A stretch of DNA of 64,000 nt from assembly GCA_011605725.1 (NCBI GenBank), contig JAAOZP010000012.1, positions 32,001 to 96,000 of the forward strand, given 5' to 3'. Both the position numbers and the translations under genes were made by a program. This stretch comes from Nitrososphaerota archaeon (GTDB lineage: Archaea; Thermoproteota; EX4484-205; JAAOZP01). The notes beneath the pieces were generated by a model. It ran no database searches. It was not told the origin of the DNA and worked only from the letters and a program-made list of their open reading frames with translations. Each line of letters begins with the position of its first letter. Within the stretch, counting starts at the first letter, position 1. This document shows, piece by piece, positions 29,160 to 37,669 of this stretch.

Positions 29160-30365
29160 GTGTCTTCATGTGCTTTTCGAGGAAAAGTGCTAAGGATCAG
29201 TGTTTTCACACTCTTACTGATGCTCTTGACCTCAGCAATAAGGACTACGCTAAGTGCCTCAGGCTCCTCTGGAAAAAAGAGTTTCTACGTAGGAGTCTGG
29301 CTAGGAATGTATAGCGACTACTGGCCTAGTGAGAAAACAGAATGGTTGAGAAAGGTTGACGAAGCCTTCAAGTCCTTCAGGGAAGCCGGGATCGACGCCA
29401 TCTATTTTCTAGTTAAAGACCCTTGGGGATATGTTTACTACGAATCCAAGTATGCTCCATTGTCTGAGAAATACAGCTGGGATCTTTTAAGAGAGGTTGT
29501 GGCGAAGGCTAGGGAACATGGTCTCCAAGTATACCCGTATGTAAACGCGTTGGCAGAGGGGGAGACTCAGCCGAACTTCTACCTGAAGGAACATCCTGAC
29601 CTAGCGGTTTCATCTGCAAACGGTGAGAACGGTTGGGTTGACCCATCTAGCGGAGAATACGTTAATAGACTGATATCTATCGTTGAAGAAATCGTTTCAA
29701 ACTATGATGTAGACGGGTTGCAGTTGGACAGGATAAGGATGCCGGGGCCAGTAATAAGGGCGAAAGCCAGTGAAAAACTCTACACGGAGACAACTGGGCT
29801 CACCCCAGCTAACGATGAGAAAAAGTGGCAGGAGTTCGTGAGAGTATTTGAAAAAGTTAAATCAATAGATATGAGCCTGAGGCTTTCCGCCGCGGTTTTC
29901 CCATCCCCTTCGAACGCGGCTTTAAACCAGCTTCAAGACTGGAAGAAATGGGTTGAAGAAGGATGGGTTGACTACGTATGCACGATGGCTTACGCACAGG
30001 GGTTTTACACATTCAAGGCTTATGTAGATGAGGAGAAGGAGGCTTGCGAGCCTGGAAAACTATATGTGGGAATAGGCGCGTGGCAATTGTCCGCGTCTGA
30101 ATTGAAAAAACAGATAAAGTACGTTGTAGTCGACTCAGGACTACCTGGAGTACTATTGTTTAACGGGGATTCTCTACTCAGCAATACGGAGCTTTTAAAC
30201 GCCGTAAAGGAGGCGAAGGAGGGAAAGTTTGGGGAAGACTCATCCTCCTTCCCGTTTATGCTTAGCGCCTCCTCAGCCACCATACTGCTCTGCACAACGC
30301 TATTCTTGCTCCACCTACATGGAAAAAAGCGGAGGAAAAACGTTTCTTTAAAGAAAGCTTATTAG
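29160..30365 (+). CDS. Secreted GHL10 (DUF187) glycoside hydrolase with C-terminal TM anchor
   Basis: Signal peptide, WDLL...HGLQVYPY, YDVDGLQLDRIR, QDWKKWVEEGWVDYVCTMAY, then TM and a basic tail. Confidence 0.85.
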   Translation: MSSCAFRGKVLRISVFTLLLMLLTSAIRTTLSASGSSGKKSFYVGVWLGMYSDYWPSEKTEWLRKVDEAFKSFREAGIDAIYFLVKDPWGYVYYESKYAPLSEKYSWDLLREVVAKAREHGLQVYPYVNALAEGETQPNFYLKEHPDLAVSSANGENGWVDPSSGEYVNRLISIVEEIVSNYDVDGLQLDRIRMPGPVIRAKASEKLYTETTGLTPANDEKKWQEFVRVFEKVKSIDMSLRLSAAVFPSPSNAALNQLQDWKKWVEEGWVDYVCTMAYAQGFYTFKAYVDEEKEACEPGKLYVGIGAWQLSASELKKQIKYVVVDSGLPGVLLFNGDSLLSNTELLNAVKEAKEGKFGEDSSSFPFMLSASSATILLCTTLFLLHLHGKKRRKNVSLKKAY

Positions 30366-30495
30366 ACAAGTATGTTTTCAAATGCTCAGGATAAAGGTGA
30401 ACCCTAAGCTTCAAGAAGCTGATGACTATACTATATTATGATGATCATGGTTGGCGCGCGTTACAGTTTCCCCCGAGAAAAAGCCTTAGAAAGGC

Positions 30496-31830
30496 TTAGC
30501 CACTTACCTTCACGCTTCTTATCCTAATCTTTGGCGCGATCCTCCCCGCCTCGTTCATCGTCCTCCTGCCAACAGCATCTATGGATTGAAGCATTTCGAA
30601 GACTGTGCTTCCAACCATGGCGTTTTTAACAGGATGCTTCACCTCACCATTTTCAACGAGGAACCCATGGTCTATAAGGCTCGAAATATTTGTCGATCCG
30701 CCGACTGGACCCAGAGAACTGTCGTAAACAAATATTCCTCGTTTAACGTCTTTAAAAAGCTCTTCATCCAAATACTCTCCCGGAGCTATCTGAAGATTAG
30801 TTAAGCTTGGCACAGGCTTCTCGGCTAAACTGGGTCTAGAAGCATGACCATTGTTCTCAATTTTTAAAGCATTAGCAGTGTAGGAATCAGTAACGTAGTT
30901 AACCAGTAATCCTTTCTCAATAATCCTTACCTTGCTGCAGGGACATCCCTCGTCGTCGAAAGGCGAAGAAGCCCATCCGGAAGGATAGAGAGGATCGTCA
31001 ATGATACTCAGTTTTTCGCTTGCAACCCTTGACCCCAGTTTTCCAGAGTAATAAGAGGATTTTTGCAGAACGTAAAACGCGTTCGCACCATAGCCAACGA
31101 TACGCTCCAGTGTTCCAAGCGTTGTCCTCTCGTCGAGAATCAGAGCATACCTGCCGTTCTCAACCTTTTTACCGCCAACACTTTTAACAGCCTTCCTTGC
31201 AGCATTGTCCCCCACCTCTTCAAACCTCAGCTCCCTGATGGACCTTGTTAGGAAATAATCGTACCCGGTTCCAATCTCCCCATTCTCTCCCTTCTTAAGA
31301 GCCTCAATACTGAAGGAGAGCCTTGAGGACTTATGAGTTCTCTCCACCCCTAGAGTGTTAACTATGAAGTCTTCAGCCACGCCTAGGCCAGCTCGTCCTG
31401 AGGCGTCAAGAGTTTCATCAACATTCTTCAAGGCGCGCACCCCGTCTAAAACTTTCGACACAAGCTCCTCTGAAGACAGCGTAGCTATCGCGTCGTCATA
31501 CAACCCCCTAACCTCCACCGGCTTCCCTTCTCCAGGAAGAGAGACGAAAGCCTCATCCGGCGGGGTTCCTCTAGCTAAAGATATTGCCCTCTTCACAGCC
31601 TTTTCAACACTGTCTTCATCCAGCTGCGTAGAAGTGGAAATCCCTATCGATTTACCAATGTAAACCCTTACTCCGAAGGAGGAGGAGTAGCCTTCTTCAA
31701 CACTCTTAACGGAACACCTCTCCACAGTCAGGCTGAGAGACCTTCCTGCTGAAGCAACTATTTCAGCCTGGCTGGCGCCAAGCTTCTCAGCCAGCCTAAC
31801 TCCCTTGACGCACAAGTCAAGCGCACCCAT
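30496..31830 (-). CDS. pmbA: TldE/PmbA family protein
   Basis: PFDDEG, NNGHA, TNL motifs; lacks HExxxH. Confidence 0.88.
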   Translation of the reverse strand: MGALDLCVKGVRLAEKLGASQAEIVASAGRSLSLTVERCSVKSVEEGYSSSFGVRVYIGKSIGISTSTQLDEDSVEKAVKRAISLARGTPPDEAFVSLPGEGKPVEVRGLYDDAIATLSSEELVSKVLDGVRALKNVDETLDASGRAGLGVAEDFIVNTLGVERTHKSSRLSFSIEALKKGENGEIGTGYDYFLTRSIRELRFEEVGDNAARKAVKSVGGKKVENGRYALILDERTTLGTLERIVGYGANAFYVLQKSSYYSGKLGSRVASEKLSIIDDPLYPSGWASSPFDDEGCPCSKVRIIEKGLLVNYVTDSYTANALKIENNGHASRPSLAEKPVPSLTNLQIAPGEYLDEELFKDVKRGIFVYDSSLGPVGGSTNISSLIDHGFLVENGEVKHPVKNAMVGSTVFEMLQSIDAVGRRTMNEAGRIAPKIRIRSVKVSG

Positions 31831-31831
31831 C

Positions 31832-31872
31832 TATCTCCTACCTCCAACAACTACGTCCTTAACTGCGAGATG
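31832..31872. repeat. 41-bp direct repeat, copy 1 (tldD 3' end, att-like)
   Basis: TATCTCCTACCTCCAACAACTACGTCCTTAACTGCGAGATG is identical to 34030-34070. With C31831 it forms a minus-strand TAG abutting the tldE ATG. Confidence 0.95.
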
Positions 31873-31963
31873 TAACTCTTTAGAGCTCGGGCTCATTAGA
31901 TTCCTGCGAGAAGCTATGTTTAAAAACTTTATGTGGTAAGAATGGAGGGGTTTAATCATCAGC

Positions 31964-32581
31964 ATGGTTGAGGAGAGAAGGAAAAAGAGCGGGTTCAAGT
32001 ATCCGGATTATCTGGATGAAGAGAAGGTTATGGAGAAGTGGAGAGAAGCAGTCGAGTCAGCTTCTTCTTTAATCAGCTCAATATTTAAGGATGGGCTAGT
32101 AAAGATGATGGCGTATAGAGAACTGTATGGTAAGCTAAAGGAGAAGGGCATAGACTACGATGATGCTGAAGACGTGGTCTCTGAAGCTGAAAGAAAGAAA
32201 CTGATATATTATGATAGTAAGACACGGTCATATAACTGGATTCCCGAGGAGAGAAGGAATGAAGAGATGTGTAAGACAGAGCAATTAGAGAAGACGATTG
32301 CAGACATATTCATAGAGAGAAATGCCAAATGGCTGCATAGAGATGAATTGGTAAGAGGTTTAGCTGGTAAGGGGTTTTCAAGAGAGGATATAGAAAGGGC
32401 TGTTTATGAAGCTATAAGGGATTTTGTGGTCGACTTCCATGAATCCGAAGACATGTTTAGACTCGTTCCAAAAGATGAACGGGTTAGGATGGGGGAGCTT
32501 AGGAGGCTAAGGAAGTTGAATTCAAAGAAATGGTTTTATGAGAAGATGGTGAGAGAGCATGCTTTGGGCTCTGAATCATAA
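31964..32581 (+). CDS. Hypothetical protein with two tandem winged-helix-like repeats
   Basis: ISSIF...ELYGKLKEKGIDYDDAEDVVSEA...YNWIPEERR aligns with IADIF...ELVRGLAGKGFSREDIERAVYEA...FRLVPKDER. Confidence 0.65.
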   Translation: MVEERRKKSGFKYPDYLDEEKVMEKWREAVESASSLISSIFKDGLVKMMAYRELYGKLKEKGIDYDDAEDVVSEAERKKLIYYDSKTRSYNWIPEERRNEEMCKTEQLEKTIADIFIERNAKWLHRDELVRGLAGKGFSREDIERAVYEAIRDFVVDFHESEDMFRLVPKDERVRMGELRRLRKLNSKKWFYEKMVREHALGSES

Positions 32582-32651
32582 ACCTTGTTGAACCTCGCGT
32601 TATAAAAATCACTTATTAGACTTTTAGCATGTTATCATTCATGCTTATATA

Positions 32652-32665
32652 TAGCGCGCGCGCTA
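32652..32665. repeat. TA(GC)5TA 14-bp palindromic junction run
   Basis: TAGCGCGCGCGCTA. The downstream frame of the next gene begins immediately after it. Confidence 0.85.
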
Positions 32666-32795
32666 AGGGGGAATAGCTGTATTAGGTTCTTGGCAGACAG
32701 TCACCCAAGGCGATAGGGAAAGCGGTTTTGTCCCCGACGTCATGAATATTCTGCTGATAAAGGAAGACGGGTCTTTGAGGCTGGAAAAAGCATAA

Positions 32796-34001
32796 TTGGG
32801 CCAATTCAGTCACTTTAGAAACGTCGAGAGAAGGTATGAAAGGTTTTGTGCAGAAGCCAGTGAAGAAGTACCGGGAAAAGGAGTTGAGGGAGAAGGAGAA
32901 TTTCACAAAGCTCATGTGGATTGGGATGATCTTGGGGAGCATGAGATTTTACACCTTAGACATGGAGTACTACAGGAACTTGTAGAGGGAGCAATAGAAA
33001 AGACTAATAGTATGCTGAGGATACAAGAAGAAGCAGGTGTATCGCGAAAAGCCCTGCATGCGATAGAAAAAGGGAGCGATATCATAAGTGTTAAGAACCT
33101 AAAAGGTCTGTGCGATTACTTAGAGATACCGCGTTGGGAAATGGATAAGCATATAATTGGGATCGGTAGTTCTCGAAACCCAGATGCATTAGAGAACCCA
33201 CACCTACCTTTTGACTTCAATACTCCTGAGGGAGCTACGATAATAGCGGCAGCCCTACATGACGGTTATCTTAGGAGTGATGGGACGACTTTCTCATATG
33301 CAAACAAAGATGAGAGGAACGTAGAAACTGTAAAGGAAGCCGTTAAGAAAGTTTTCGGGGATATAAAGCCACTCGAAGAGAAATACGAGTGTGGCGTGAA
33401 GAGAGTGGATTTCATGTCTTGTGCAATAGTGGACGCCTTGGAAAAAATAGGCTTACCGACAGGGAGTAAGACCAAACAGCGATTTCATGTGCCATTATTC
33501 GTCCGAGAAGGCGATGAAGAGTTGCAAAAGGCATACTTACGCCAGACCTTAATGGATGAGGGGAGCTGGAGAGAGTATAAGGGTAGAGTAGAGGAAATAG
33601 CTTATACTCAATCAACATATCTTGATGAGGATAAGCTCACTACTAAGGACATGGAATTTCTCAGGAACTTAGGATTTGAAGAATGTGAAATGCCAACAGG
33701 AGCCCCAGTATACCGTCTTCGTCTTACTAAAGAAGTAAGGGATGAAATAATGAGTGAGGACCCCAATTTATGGAAGGCAATAGAAGAATCTAAACCACCT
33801 AATTTTGAGGAGGAGAGGGAAATGTTCGAAAAATTGTTTGGCGCGCATCCAGATGTGCATCCCAGAGACGTATATTATACAGAAAAAGGAGGTTATAAAG
33901 TGTCATGGGAACTAGTAATTGACGAAGCAGAGGACGCCCGCAGAATTGCGGAAGAACTTAATCTCCCTATACCTAAGCATGGGGGAAAGGAAGGAGAATA
34001 G
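32796..34001 (+). CDS. Xre-type HTH plus LAGLIDADG (DOD-type) endonuclease-like protein, probably 5' truncated
   Basis: QEEAGVSRKALHAIEKG-ISVKNLKGLCDYL HTH; IIAAALHDGYL and AYLRQTLMDEGS LAGLIDADG-like helices; YANKD and VPLFV. The frame is also open 32667-32792 before one TAA. Confidence 0.7.
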   Translation: MGQFSHFRNVERRYERFCAEASEEVPGKGVEGEGEFHKAHVDWDDLGEHEILHLRHGVLQELVEGAIEKTNSMLRIQEEAGVSRKALHAIEKGSDIISVKNLKGLCDYLEIPRWEMDKHIIGIGSSRNPDALENPHLPFDFNTPEGATIIAAALHDGYLRSDGTTFSYANKDERNVETVKEAVKKVFGDIKPLEEKYECGVKRVDFMSCAIVDALEKIGLPTGSKTKQRFHVPLFVREGDEELQKAYLRQTLMDEGSWREYKGRVEEIAYTQSTYLDEDKLTTKDMEFLRNLGFEECEMPTGAPVYRLRLTKEVRDEIMSEDPNLWKAIEESKPPNFEEEREMFEKLFGAHPDVHPRDVYYTEKGGYKVSWELVIDEAEDARRIAEELNLPIPKHGGKEGE

Positions 34002-34028
34002 TGCAGAGTGTTGAGTTATCCTTCTCTT

Positions 34029-35420
34029 TTATCTCCTACCTCCAACAACTACGTCCTTAACTGCGAGATGCGGACCACCGCCGGAGACAGGGACCCACTG
34101 CCCATCCTTCCCACAGCTGCCAGGGAACGCGTGTTTCAAATCGTTTCCGACTCCAATCACGTTTTTCAATACCTCCAGAGTTAACCCTGACATTGAAACG
34201 TTTTGAACTTTCTCTCCTATTTTCCCGTTTTCGATCAAGTAGCCTTCCTGAGCAGTAAAGTAGAACTGCCCCCTCGCTGGGTCGACATATCCTCCGTATG
34301 ATTTCGCCAGGTATATACCATTCTTCACTAGTTCAGCAAGCTCGTCAAAGTTGTATTCACCGTTTTCAACAAAAGTGTTGCTCATCCTAACTATGGGTTT
34401 GCTTGAGAAATTCATTGCCCTAGCAGCCCCGTTTGGCTCAGCATTTAGATGGGCAGCGGTCTCCAGGGAGTGGAGATACCCGACAAGAATACCGTTTTTA
34501 ACTATTTCCCTTCTCACTGCCTTCGTTCCTTCTGAGTCGTAAGGATATGATCCTCTCATACCTGGGAGGGTCGGGTCGTCAACCACGTTTACAGTTTCTA
34601 CTCCAACCCTTTTACCGATTAGCCCTGAAAGAACCGACATGTTAGCCTTAACAGCGTCAGCCTCAGCCGCATGCCCGAATGCCTCGTGGATAAACACTCC
34701 CACGAGGCTCTGATCCATCAGGATGTTCATTCTCCCGCTTGGAGGAGGCAGGGCTTTCAGAAGCTCTACTCCTCTTCTGCCCAGCTCAGAGCCCTCCTTC
34801 ACATAGTCGAACTCCTCCACCAGTTCCCAACCCCTGCTCCCGCCTACGGCGGTGCTCACGTTTTGAACAAGATCACCCTCTTTGGCGACTGCTGAGCCGG
34901 AGAGCCTTATGCTGCAAACCTCGTACTGGACTTCTGAACCTTGACTGTTTACAATAAATTCCTTTTTTACACTGTCAGAGAGCCCGACGGTGGTTGTAAC
35001 TATTCCCTCATTATTCTTCCATATGCACTTGTCGAACTCCAGAGCAGTTTTCACTTTTTCCTCGAGAGAAACACTTCTAGGATCAATTTTCACGTTCAGG
35101 CGAACATCATCCTCATAAGTTTTCTCTATTCTAATCCTTGACTTTTCAGCAACTTTCCCCGAAACGGCTTTAGCCGCCTTATAGGCTTTCTCCAGAGCAG
35201 TATTCATCCCTTGAATAGAGAGATCAGTAGTGTAGTAGAACCCCCAGCCACCGTTGAACAGTACTCTAGCAGCACCGCCGATGCTCGTGTTATAAGATAC
35301 TTCTTCAACAACCCCTTTTCTAATTGAAATGGATGTTGACTCAACCTCTGTTATCCTGAGGTCCGCAAAATCTTCACTTCCCAGATGTAGTAATCCAAAT
35401 AGTTTTCTCATTCCATTCAA
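34029..35420 (-). CDS. tldD: TldD metalloprotease
   Basis: HEAFGHAAEAD, YDSEG, RMSNT, CGKDGQ-VPVSGGGP. Confidence 0.93.
   Translation of the reverse strand: MNGMRKLFGLLHLGSEDFADLRITEVESTSISIRKGVVEEVSYNTSIGGAARVLFNGGWGFYYTTDLSIQGMNTALEKAYKAAKAVSGKVAEKSRIRIEKTYEDDVRLNVKIDPRSVSLEEKVKTALEFDKCIWKNNEGIVTTTVGLSDSVKKEFIVNSQGSEVQYEVCSIRLSGSAVAKEGDLVQNVSTAVGGSRGWELVEEFDYVKEGSELGRRGVELLKALPPPSGRMNILMDQSLVGVFIHEAFGHAAEADAVKANMSVLSGLIGKRVGVETVNVVDDPTLPGMRGSYPYDSEGTKAVRREIVKNGILVGYLHSLETAAHLNAEPNGAARAMNFSSKPIVRMSNTFVENGEYNFDELAELVKNGIYLAKSYGGYVDPARGQFYFTAQEGYLIENGKIGEKVQNVSMSGLTLEVLKNVIGVGNDLKHAFPGSCGKDGQWVPVSGGGPHLAVKDVVVGGRR
34030..34070. repeat. 41-bp direct repeat, copy 2 (current tldD 3' end)
   Basis: Identical to 31832-31872. 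Confidence 0.95.
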
Positions 35421-35530
35421 TCTGGCGTACCAGTTGTTTAAACGCTTTTATAACCTTTACGCACACGTTTTTCCAACTGAAGGATCAATAGCAGTAAAGG
35501 CATTAATATTACTCTAGTGTTTCAACCATT

Positions 35531-36874
35531 ATGATTGAAGACAGGGCTGTTGAGCTCCACAGGAAGTATGGCGGCAAGATCCAAGTTATTCCAAAAGTAC
35601 CTATTAAAAGCTTTGAAGACTTCTCCATCTGGTATACGCCGGGAGTTGCTTCTCCATGCAGACTGATATCCTTAGATAAAGACCTTTCATTCGAATTAAC
35701 GTCTAGATGGAACATGGTTGCCGTGGTTAGCGACGGCAGCAGGGTTCTTGGCCTTGGGAATATTGGACCCTACGCCGGATATCCGGTTATCGAGGGAAAA
35801 TGCCTACTCTTCAAGTTTCTAGGGGGTGTTGACGCTGTTCCAATAGCCTTGGCGACGCAAGATGCAGATAAGATAATAGAGATGGTTAGGCTGATCTCAC
35901 CATCTTTCGGCGGAATAAACCTGGAGGACATTGAAAGCCCAAAATGCTTCCAGATACTTGAAACTCTTCAAAAATCTCTGGAGATACCTGTTTGGCACGA
36001 TGATCAGCAGGGCACTTCGCTCGTGGTTTTGGCAGCGTTAATTAACGCGCTTAAAATTGTTGGAAAAAAGCTGGAGGAGGCTAAGATAACGATAATAGGA
36101 TCCGGGGCCGCAGGAATGGCTACTGCGAGGCTGTTGATGGAGACGGGTGTCAGTGGGAGAAACATGCTTATCGTTGACAGCAAAGGGATTTTAAGCTCTT
36201 CAAGACACGATATGGAAAAACTATCAATATTAAACCCTTGGAAGGCAGAGTTAGCTAGAATGACGAACCCTGAGAATAAGGAGGGGAGTATTGAGGACGC
36301 TTTGAAGGGTTCAGATGTCTTAATCGCGCTGTCAGTGCCTAAGCCAGGTACAGTTAAGAAAGAATGGATAAGTAAGATGGCTGGAGACCCCATAGTCTTC
36401 GCCCTGGCAAACCCTCTTCCTGAAATATGGCCTGAGGATGCTAAGGCCGGAGGCGCTAGAATCGTTGCGACAGGCAGGAGTGATTTTCCAAACCAGGTTA
36501 ACAACAGTTTAGCCTTCCCCTCGATGTTCAGAGGAGTTTTAACGGTAAGGTCTAGAGCAATAACTAATGAGCTTTGCATAGAGGGCGCCAGGTCACTAGC
36601 CCGTTATGCTGAAAGCAAGAGGTTGAGCGAGAACAGTATACTGCCGACAATGGACGATTATATGGCTTATGTTGAAGTCGCACGAAACGTTGCGAGAAAA
36701 GCTATTGAACTAAACTTGGCAAGGAGGAAATATTCTGATAATGAGCTGTACGATGCGATACATTCTATAATAGCGTATCAAAGGGTTCTAATGAGGAACA
36801 TGATTAAAAGCGGGTTGACTGGCGAATATCAGCCTAACACTTCATGCATGGCTACAGATGAGCAGCCTGAGTGA
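35531..36874 (+). CDS. NAD(P)-dependent malic enzyme
   Basis: YTPGVA, VSDGSRVLGLGNIG, INLEDI, HDDQQGT, ATGRSDFPNQVNN. Confidence 0.95.
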   Translation: MIEDRAVELHRKYGGKIQVIPKVPIKSFEDFSIWYTPGVASPCRLISLDKDLSFELTSRWNMVAVVSDGSRVLGLGNIGPYAGYPVIEGKCLLFKFLGGVDAVPIALATQDADKIIEMVRLISPSFGGINLEDIESPKCFQILETLQKSLEIPVWHDDQQGTSLVVLAALINALKIVGKKLEEAKITIIGSGAAGMATARLLMETGVSGRNMLIVDSKGILSSSRHDMEKLSILNPWKAELARMTNPENKEGSIEDALKGSDVLIALSVPKPGTVKKEWISKMAGDPIVFALANPLPEIWPEDAKAGGARIVATGRSDFPNQVNNSLAFPSMFRGVLTVRSRAITNELCIEGARSLARYAESKRLSENSILPTMDDYMAYVEVARNVARKAIELNLARRKYSDNELYDAIHSIIAYQRVLMRNMIKSGLTGEYQPNTSCMATDEQPE

Positions 36875-37286
36875 GGACAAGCGCGGGTTATGCGTATGGA
36901 CAATAGGGTATGGAGGCCTTTCAAAAGACTCTTTCTTAAGCCTATTGAAGAAGCATCGGATCGATCTGCTGGTGGATGTCCGCAGGTTTCCGAATTCCAG
37001 GCTTGAATATTTCCGCCGAGAAAGCCTGGAGAAATGGCTTCCCAAAGAAGGTGTTGAATACTTGTGGCTTGGAGAGGAGCTTGGAGGCTACCGTCGAGGA
37101 GGCTATGAGAAACACATGGAGACTAAGGTTTTCAAAGAAGGAGTTAGGAGGCTTCTGGAACTGGCGAGGCATGGAAGGACATGCATAATGTGTCTGGAAA
37201 CGGATCCAAAATATTGTCATAGAAGGTTTATAGCATCATGTTTGAGAAAAAACGGAGTCAGAATACTCCATATAACAAGGGGTTAA
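36858..37286 (+). CDS. DUF488 family protein
   Basis: TIGY, LVDVRRFP, LGG, MCLE-P-CHR. Confidence 0.88.
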   Translation: MSSLSEDKRGLCVWTIGYGGLSKDSFLSLLKKHRIDLLVDVRRFPNSRLEYFRRESLEKWLPKEGVEYLWLGEELGGYRRGGYEKHMETKVFKEGVRRLLELARHGRTCIMCLETDPKYCHRRFIASCLRKNGVRILHITRG

Positions 37287-37369
37287 TAAAGCAGCCGGAG
37301 ACTAACCCCTGAATTTAGGATTAAATATTTCGAATAAGTAGAAACAGGCTTGCCTCCAAATTCTCCTGA

Positions 37370-37600
37370 TCATAGCTCTATCGTTAGCCCGTCGTAAGCA
37401 ACTTCAACATTTTTGGGCTTTAACCTCTCGACCAGTTCTTCAGCGCGCGCGCTAATCTTTAAATCATTGTTTACCAGTGTTGAAGACTTTGTCCTCACGT
37501 TTCTACCGCCAGCATTTCTTGCCCTCCTGCAATTCGCGCACTGGCAAAACACCGCTGGCCACTCCTCGGCCGCGCCTGTCCCCAGAAACATGACCCTCAT
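37370..37600 (-). pseudogene. PhnP-like MBL-fold hydrolase with a large internal deletion
   Basis: The family N-terminus (FLGTGAAEEWPAVFCQCANC...DLKI) is joined directly to the family C-terminus (EELVERLKP...VAYDGLTIEL) through SARA encoded by the GC run. HxHxDH is missing. Confidence 0.85.
37442..37453. repeat. A(GC)5T palindromic junction run
   Basis: AGCGCGCGCGCT lies exactly at the deletion junction. Confidence 0.9.
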
Positions 37601-37669
37601 ATTTTGACCCCGAAGCTTCAAGTAGGTTTATATAGGCTTACCGTTAACGAGCTCGGCCGTTAGCCAGCA

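Larger units (their letters stand above)
31832..34070. mobile_element. Integrated element remnant in the 3' end of tldD
   Basis: About 2.16 kb of opposite-strand genes lie between perfect 41-bp direct repeats and separate tldD from tldE. No integrase remains; there is an internal GC run. Confidence 0.75.

Noticed and set aside
29820-29860. Apparent deletion of about 9 aa in the second GHL10 relative to its paralog (WQEFVRVFEKVK)
   Set aside because: In frame and judged from one distant paralog only; insufficient to call inactivation.
30454-30460. Intergenic GCGCGCG (and AGCGCGCA near 57359)
   Set aside because: Shorter than the clear scars, and I could not identify broken genes on both sides; ambiguous.
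32796-34001. Intein
   Set aside because: No N-terminal Cys/Ser block or C-terminal His-Asn splice motif, and no host extein.
30496-35420. TldD/E as the leader protease of the RiPP cluster
   Set aside because: TldD/E are near-ubiquitous and lie more than 15 kb away; no linkage evidence.
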